Shown: positions 55,951-64,000 of the stretch, piece by piece
Numbering within the stretch: the stretch's first letter is position 1
How the letters are laid out: each line of letters starts with the position of its first letter
NCBI RefSeq assembly: GCF_009914755.1
Contig: NC_060942.1
DNA: 64,000 bases
Source: the human T2T-CHM13v2.0 reference genome, Homo sapiens
Strand: one strand, 5' to 3'
Position numbers and translations under genes: made by a program
The notes under the pieces: model-generated
Told to the model about the DNA's origin: nothing
The model's database searches: none
What the model saw: only the letters and a program-made list of their open reading frames with translations

Positions 55951-56148
55951 ATATGAAGGCAAGGTGAGAGATGTGGCACACTATCCAGAGAAATTGACTC
56001 TGGTGCTCCCCAGTCTATTCCCCTGTTCCATCATCTGACAGTTGGAGAGGCATACTAAGATCCAGGAGACCCTTCATTAACCTCTTAAGTTATATCCCTA
56101 CCCTGTCCTGTGCTTTCATTAAGGGAAGCAGGTTACCTTCCTTCCTCC

Positions 56149-56150
<2 letters not shown>

Positions 56151-56181
<31 letters not shown>
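56151..56181. repeat. (CA)n microsatellite
   Basis: ~15 perfect AC units. Confidence 0.97.
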
Positions 56182-56182
<1 letters not shown>

Positions 56183-58601
56183 TTTGGACTCAGTAGATAT
56201 TTTCTACTGCTGCAATTTTCTTCTTCTACCTTCAGTAGAAAAGAGAAGCAGCTGATCACCATTCTCTATAGAATAACCCTCCTTGAAAATCAAAGTTAAT
56301 TAACATTTACTGAACCTTTTCTGGACATATGGCACAGTGCCAAATTCCTAAAGGGAAATGAGAATGGATGTGTAGGTGTGGTACTAAAAACAAACTAGAA
56401 GATAAAATGCAAGCCAATGTAACAGGTTAAGCCAAGTTTAGCACTTTTTCCTGTCGTGGCTACAAGATCAATAAACAAACCCACTCATAGTAGAAAGCAT
56501 TTGCATTCATAAATACGTGGCATTTAGAAGTTCTTAAAATCAATTCACAAGCTCAAGTACTGAGCCATCTCTAATCACCTTCCTGTAAATAACAAAATAA
56601 TATCAGTAAAATGTTTAAAAGCCTTTGTATACTATTATCTGTGAGTCTTAACTAGTCTCTTAGAGGCCACAGCACTGGGAGGTGATTCATTTGTAGATAT
56701 ACCCTAAACAACTGAGCATAAAAGCTTTTATCTCACATTCATTGGCTTCCCTTTGCTTTGACACCAGTTCTCAACCCAGGTTTCCAACTAGTATGATCAG
56801 GTGCTTAAAAATAAATATGTGCCTAGGTTTATATCTATGGACATTGGGCCCACTTAGTGATATCTTTGTTATCTCCCAAGAGAATTCTAATATGCAATCC
56901 AGTGGGATGTGCTCTATGTCTAGGACTATCAATCAAACTGGATTCCCATCAGCTTTTCCAAATCTGCCTCTGACCTCTCCCTACAAATTCACAAGTCTCT
57001 GAGGCAATGGCCTGAATATCCCTGCTGCCCTCCTTGCTCATGCTGTGCACCTAGGACACACCCTTGCTTTTTCCCCATTATCACAAGGCCCAATTCAACC
57101 TAAGCAGAAAAGCGAACCTGTTTCTAAACATGTATATCCTGGTGCCCAGGCTGTCTTAGCATTTCCGTTTACTGTCACTTGGGAAGCAAACTGTGTGACC
57201 AGAGTCACTGCTCAAAGAGCTGCTTCTAATGGGGAAAGAGCCAAGTTAGTCCATCACTGTCTAGGTTGGGATGTGGGGATAGATTCCCTATTCATATTGT
57301 ATACAATTCAAAGACATCCACTACATGGTTAGTCCCCAAATTTAAGCTTCTGTCTCATAGTTTGAAGTTTTATGTTGACATCTGTCTGCACTCAACTTCA
57401 TTCCCACTGGAAGCATGTTTAAGGCCCTTCAAATTGAATACTTCCCCCAGAGGACGGCTTGAATTAATGTATAACCCAAGAGAAGTATCAGTCACTGGTC
57501 CTTGGGCCAGATAAAGCAGCAGCGGAATTGGGATAGAGGAATTAGGGAAAACCTCAGAAGGGGTCTGCTCATCTGATGGTTTCACCAAAGACCCAGATCT
57601 AGGAGGGTTTTCCTGTTTTTGCCATTGTTTTATTTTATTTTTGACTTGAAAAAAAGAGAACAAAAGGATTATACTTTTATCTGGTCTCTTATCTGAGGAA
57701 CATATATAGTAGACACAATTGGCCAATTTTCAGCAAAATCTCCCTCCTACGGTGTTAAGATCCAGCCTGCTCTCTGGGTGGAGACTGTTCTGGAAAGAAT
57801 GTCTCTGGCTGCTGGCTGCTGGATATACACCCTATTCCAACGAACAGCATCTAGGCCAGGTTTCTGCCCTGTAGTTTTGAAGTTCTGGATGAACTAGGCA
57901 TGGGGAGTTAAGAAAGAAACACAGATCCTAAAATGGTCAAGCCCACCTTACTGTTTCACAGGATCTCTGTGCTTAATCCTGGATGAAACAGAGAAAGGAA
58001 GAACCTGTTGGAGTCAGAATTCTTGGCAGAAGAGCCTCTGGGTGGGCGTTGGGGCAGGGCTTATAAATATGGCCCATGTCAGAAGGGAGAGGTCCTCTGT
58101 CTGCCTTTGTCTCAAGTTCAAATACCAAGCTTATAAAAGTCACAGCCACCTTGGTAACAGGCATTGGAGATAAAAATAATAGAAACAAGTTTCTGATGTC
58201 AATTCCTCTCTGGAGATTTTTTTTTCTGTCATTGAAATGGCCAAGTGTCTGAGCACCTGTAGACTGAGTATGTTTTCGCCCTGTGGTAGAAAAACAGTCA
58301 TGTTTTAAAAGTTCCCTTTCTGTAAGGCATAGGTTAGTCCTCACGGCATCATTATTCCTGAGGACTTTGGTTATACAAGCTGCCAGCACATGTTCTCAGA
58401 CAGCAGACTTGGTTTGGTTCTCCTGATGATTTCAGGAACTTGCTTTGGGGAATGTGAAGAGGGAATAAGGAGAGACATAAAGCTATCAAGAGCTACAATC
58501 TGAAAGCCTAAAAAGCCAATTAAAATGCTCTGCATGAAATTTGAAAGGAAACCATTGCAAGAGGATAGAACTTTATTAGCATCAGACCTTCTGCCTGCAT
58601 T

Positions 58602-58659
58602 CTCTCTCTCTCTCTCTCTCTCTGTCTCTGTCTCTCTCTCTCTCTCTCCCCCTCTCTCC
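58602..58659. repeat. (TC)n microsatellite
   Basis: tctctctc... with tctg interruptions. A second (TC)n(CA)n run lies at ~59404-59447. Confidence 0.95.
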
Positions 58660-59392
58660 CAAACCTCATATTAAATTGTAATCCCCAGTATTGGAGGTGG
58701 AGCCTGGTGGGGGTGGGAGGGAATTGGATTGTGAAGCTGAATTTCTCATGAATGGTTTAGTACCATCCTCTTGGTGCTGTCTTTGCAATAGTGAATGAAT
58801 TCTCTCAAGATCAGGTTGTTGCAAAGTGTGGCACCTCCCCAACTCACTCTCTCTCTCTTGCTCCTGCTCTAGCCATATGAGATGCCAGCTCCACCTTTGC
58901 CTTCGACCATGATTGAAACCTCCCTGAGATTTCACCAGAAGCTGAATAGATGCCATCACTGTGCTTCCCTTAAAGCCTGCAGAACCATGAGCCAATTAAA
59001 CCTCAAACCTCTTTTCTTTATAAATTACCCAGCCTTAGGTATTTATTTTTGTTTTGTTTTGTGTTTGTTTGTTTTTGAGACGGAGTCTCACTCTGTCACC
59101 AGGCTGGAGTGCAGTGGCACAATCTTGGCTCACTGCACCTCCTCCCCCTGGGTTCAAGTGATTCTCCTGCCTCAGCCTCCCAAGTAGCTGGGACTACAGG
59201 TGCACACCACCACGCCCAGCTAATTTTTGTATTTTTAGTACAGACGGGATTTCACCATGTTGGCCGGATGGTCTTGATCTCTTGACCTCATGATCCTCCC
59301 ACCTCGGCTTCCCAAAGTGCTGGGATTACAGGCATGAGCCACCACGCCCAGCCTGGTATTTCTTTATAGCAATGTAAGAACAGCCTAACACA
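58660..59392 (+). mobile_element. MSTA/B-type LTR with an Alu inserted near its 3' end
   Basis: aaattgtaatccccagtattggaggtggagcctggtggg...gcctgcagaaccatgagccaattaaacc...; resumes ggtatttctttatagcaatgtaagaacagcctaacaca. Confidence 0.88.
59046..59353 (-). mobile_element. AluSc-like
   Basis: ggatggtcttgatctcttgacctcatgatcc diagnostics; TSD ggtattt(a/c)ttt. Confidence 0.92.
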
Positions 59393-59669
59393 CACACATT
59401 TTATCTCTCTCTTTCTTTCTCTCTCTCTCTCACACACACACACACACGAGTAGATTTTATTCACTCTCATTTTCCAGCTGAGGAAATTGAAGCCAGACAG
59501 GTAATGTCAAGGTCATAGCTAGTTACTGGCAGAGATAAGATTCCAACCTAGCCATGTGCACATCTGTGTTATCTCTACTTGCAGAATTGCTGACACTTCC
59601 TTGGTGAGCCTGTGTCTTTCCCCTGCATGAAAGCACCCACTGGCCCCCCTGTTTAAACCAGGAAGAAGT

Positions 59670-59930
59670 GGAGTGAACAAGATAAGAGAGAAGGTTCTAG
59701 GGCCAGGAATGCATCAGTTCAACATCCAGCTTCTCCCTTTCTAGCTGTGTGATCTCAAGCATGTTACTTCATCTCCCCACACTTCAGTTTCCTCATCTGT
59801 AAAATGGGGATGAAGATAATGCTGTCTACTCCATAGGTCACCAGAAAGATTACAGAAGACAATACAGGTGAAACACTGAGAGCAGTACCTGGTACAAATA
59901 AGCTCTCATTAAATGCTAGCTATTTCCTAT
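59670..59930 (+). mobile_element. MIR, near full length (an opposite-strand MIR fragment lies at ~59455-59560)
   Basis: tagctgtgtgatctcaagcatgttacttc...cagtttcctcatctgtaaaatgggga...cagtacctggtaca...aaatgctagctatt. Confidence 0.88.
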
Positions 59931-60344
59931 GATGATTAGATTCATTATAGCTTGACTCCTGCCTCATTTTAAGCCTCATACTGGCCTCGACTCCTCTCAG
60001 CCATCTTCCTCCAGGATAATGCCACACACTCTCTCAGCTTCACAGGCTCCTCATTCTGTCTACAACAGCCTCCCCCATATTATACTGCTGATGAATTCCT
60101 ATTTCTGCTTTAATCTTTTCCTCCTGGAAACCATCCTTGACCCTTATTAAAGAGAGTTTATTATTCTCTTAGGTCAAACCACCTTCATAAAGATCACACT
60201 TGCATTGTGGAAGTTACCACACACTCTGTTGCAATTTATTTATCCATTTAGTTCTTCTATATGACATGAGCCACTTGAGGACAAAACAAGGTCACTTAAT
60301 CTTATTATTCAGTGCACATAACACATTGCCTAGCACAAAGCGTA

Positions 60345-60780
60345 TGTGTCATAGATGATGCTTTGTGTTTACCGAAACCTGTTTCTAACTCTTCCTTCCC
60401 AGGCAACTGTGCTTCCAAGGCCCCTTGAAGTTAGGAGGGGCTGCACGACTAATTATTACCAATGAAATTTGCACAGAAATGATGGTGCTACTTCCAGCCT
60501 AGGGCAGTGAGAGAGCCCACTGTAATTCTCCAGTCTTCCTATTCCCTTGCTACAGAAAATGTGGAGGCCTCGTAAAGAAATGGCAGAGTCACAGGACCCA
60601 AGCAGCCAAAATTATTGATTCATTGCATTAAGGGCTGTTGCCCTGGATCATCACCCAGACCCACAGTAGAGTTATGGCAAGACAACCGTAGGCAAGACAT
60701 AAACTTTTACTGGGTTAAGCCACTGTGATTTTGGAGTTGTCTGTTTTTGCAGCATTGCCTAGCCTCTCATGACCAATACA
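60345..60780 (+). mobile_element. MLT1 (I/J-type) LTR following an L2 3' fragment (~59960-60345)
   Basis: ccccttgaagttagg...accaatgaaat...acttccagcc...atggcagagtcacag...taaacttttactgggttaagccactgtgattttggagttg...tgaccaataca. Confidence 0.72.
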
Positions 60781-62174
60781 GCTCAATAAATGACAGTTAA
60801 ATTAACTTTGATTGAGTCATTAGGCATAAAAGTTATGTAGCAAGAACGATTGCTAAAGAAGACTGTGGTTTTTTTTTTTGTTGTTGTTGTTTTTGCTTTT
60901 GTTGTGTCCCCAAAGTCAACCAACTCTCCTATAAGGATTACTTTCAGTTGTGTTCTAAAGATCAGATTCCTTCTGATGAATAGTGTTATCAATCTGTAAA
61001 TATGTTCTTCTATCATCAATATAGCAACACACCACAGAGCACATAAGCTTAAGAAATGATTTTTTTTCTCTTATTTCCACCTAGGAATTTTAGTAGTTGA
61101 TGCTAATTGATCCTAGTTTTTAAAATAGCCTGTAGTGCACACAAGTCTTCTATTTTTAAACCCTCTTAAAAATATAATGCCTCTAAAGGCAAGACAATGA
61201 AGATATCTGAAACTAAATAAATAATAAATTCCCAAGAAGTCCATTTTCAATAAAGGATGAGAATATGAAAAGTGAGAAAATCTGTGTTGGGAATTCCCAT
61301 CTGAAATGACAGCCTCATTTTAATTTCCATGAATGTGCCTCACTTACAAATTCCAACATCCCAAACTAGAAGAGAGACTGCCAGCTCTAACCCTAGGTTT
61401 TTATTGTTTCTTGGTTGAATTCAGGGAGTTGAAAGCATAACACTTTCTCTAGCATGCAGTTGGCTGTTATAGAGTTATTTCTCTCAGCTCTTTGAAGGAG
61501 GGAAAACCTAAATGAGAAATTCGTCAGATACTAGTCAGGATGAAAAGAGACCCACCATGCTGCCTGCAAAAGGATTTGTGACATGGGTCTTACCATTGTG
61601 ACTCATTACAAACCATAGTAAACCTCTGTGAAGATATGACACAATGAACTTTTAAAAATGCATATCAGTTGCCCACCCATCCATTTCACATAAATACATA
61701 ATTAACTTTCTGAACGTGGGTATTTTTGGCATTTAAAAATGTATATTAATTACTTGATATTCTGCCCATTTCAGGCTGTTTATGTAAATACTGAGTTGAG
61801 AGACTTCTTAAAATGCACAGAATTTACTTGGCCATCTACAATAGTAATTGACTAAATACATAATTAGAGTATTTTTAAAACAGGTATTTTAGACTCAGTA
61901 ATCTTTAATGACCTCTTGCATCATTCTAACCTAAGGTGTCAAGACTTAATTAGAATTTGAAATTCATGGATCATTGACCAAGCACCATAATTGGCTCAGG
62001 CATATGCACTATTGCAGATCGTCAGTGAACCAACTCCTTCAAACAACTACTCAGAATGCCGTGTTAAAGGTGCACTGATTTATCCACTTGGAATATTTCT
62101 CACAAAGAATTAACCATTTTAAATCCTTAAAGAAGGCAATTTAATTTATCCTCAGTTATGGGAAAGCTCCTCTT

Positions 62175-62900
62175 TACAAATGAATGCCAGATACTTAATG
62201 TAGAAGGAATGATAGAAAAAATTTAAATCACCATTTTGCAATCTGCAGTCCCCCTCCCAGCCCTATGAAAGCATTGACTCAGACAAGGATAGTCACCGTG
62301 AACCAAAAACATTGGATAACATGTTGTGGAAAGACCATTCCCAAGGTGTCATGTGTCATTTCATACATAATTTGCTAATTGCAAAGAAAAACAATCTGTA
62401 CAATGGAGGACTCTGAGTGTCTCATTTTAACATTGCTAATAGTGGAACTCTCTGAATGATGTTCTGGCTTGCAAGATGTAGTATCCAGCAACACTTAGGA
62501 GGTCTTCTTGCTATGAGGCGTCTTGCTAACTGGCTTCTTGTTTAACCTTCTTCTTTCTAATCAAGCTTTTAGACCTAACCTGCAGTTTGCAGGAAATAGA
62601 AGAACGACGTTAATAACTCCAACAGGAAACTATCAGGATAATCCAGGAGGAGGAAAAATCCAAGACAATAGTCTAGCTCCTGCAAAAAGTCAATGTAACA
62701 AACTTTAAAAAGTGAGGAACTGTTACAGATTAAAAGAAACAGGAGAACCACAGCAATGTGTGAAATCTGGATTCTAGTTTGATAGAAACATAGCAGACAT
62801 GTTGGGAACAAAGATGGACATTTAAATTTGAATCTGTTATTCAATTCTTTAGGTAATTATTTTCTTAGATCATAATGATCTTGTAGTTAGAAGCATATCT
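62175..62900 (+). mobile_element. L1ME-type 3' region remnant
   Basis: aatgtagaaggaatgataga...atcaccattttgcaa...aaaaagtcaatgt...ggaactgttacagattaaaaga...atctggatt. Confidence 0.6.
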
Positions 62901-62924
62901 TCATGATGAACGTAATTGACTTTC

Positions 62925-63210
<286 letters not shown>

Positions 63211-63650
63211 AGAAAGACCAGTGTGGCTGGAACAGAAAGAATAAGGGAGACAGGGGTGCTGATTTGACTGAGGGGTAAAGAGAGGCCCAATCACCAAATG
63301 CCACCAGACCATATAGAGGATGCTGATCTTTATCTAAAGAATATTGGATAGTTATAAGTGTGAAAGTGATACGATCTGATTAACATTGAAAAAGATCTCT
63401 CAGGCTATGACATAGTGAATCAATTGGAGGGGACTCAGTGTAGAAGAGTAATTTACAGGTGATTGTGAAAGTCCAGGGGAGAGACAACAGTGGCTTCAGG
63501 CAGGGTGGTGGCAATAGACATGGAGAAAAGCCAATGGAGTCAAAGAAGACTTAGTAGATAAAATTGACAGGATCTGTGATTGATCAAATAAGAGTAGAGA
63601 ATGAAAGAGGCATCAAGGACTGCTCTTGGGGCTCTGCTTTGACCTATAGA
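63211..63650 (-). mobile_element. L2 fragment
   Basis: ccagtgtggctggaacag...tttatctaaaga...aaaagatctctcaggct...cagggtggtggcaatagacatggag...catcaaggactgctc. Confidence 0.78.
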
Positions 63651-63696
63651 GTAGAGAGCTCTAAAGGGCAAATAAGTTTATTTAGAATGATTACAA

Positions 63697-64000
63697 GGCT
63701 GGATGCCATGGTTCACACCCGTAATCCCAACACTTTGGAACAGCAAGACGGGAGGATTGCTTGAGGCCAGGAGTTTGAGACTAGCCTGGGCAATGTAAAG
63801 AGATCCTCATCTCTACAAAAAATAAAATTAAAAATTAGCCAGGCATGCTGGTGTTCACCTGTAGTCCCAGCTACTTGGAAGGCTGAGGAGGGAGGATCAT
63901 GTGAGATCAGGAGTTGTAGGTTACAGTGAGCTATGAAAATGCCCCCGCACTCCAGCCAGGGTGACAGAGTGAGACTCTGCCTTGAAAAAAGAAGAAAAGA
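63697..64000 (+). mobile_element. AluJ
   Basis: gggaggattgcttgaggccaggagtttgag and cagtgagctatga AluJ diagnostics; A tail at the window end. Confidence 0.92.

Overview
Primate (human-like) nuclear DNA, AT-rich and CpG-poor, intergenic or deep-intronic in character. Roughly half is recognisable interspersed repeat: a disrupted L1PA5-like 3' end, older L1PA/L1PB/L1M fragments, AluJ/S/Y-type elements, four THE1 and three MST solo LTRs, several MLT1/MLT2/LTR33 LTRs, MIR, L2, and MER5/MER3/MER45/MER103/MADE DNA-transposon relics. I found no protein-coding gene; the only recognisable protein sequence is decayed L1 and L2 ORF2. The main non-repeat signals are (i) a ~230-bp CpG-rich orphan promoter-like element with tandem NRF1-type sites at 34.3-34.55 kb next to a cluster of MEIS/TGIF-type sites, (ii) a well-formed 126-nt minus-strand exon candidate just downstream of a THE1 LTR that keeps its DUX4-type motif, (iii) two apparent templated-insertion repair scars, one with a 43-bp perfect copy 3.35 kb away, and (iv) an old, diverged ~230-bp local duplication at 52.3/54.3 kb. 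Repeat subfamily calls come from recalled consensus features, and boundaries of old elements are approximate. I cannot name the locus, and nothing here proves a new biological system.
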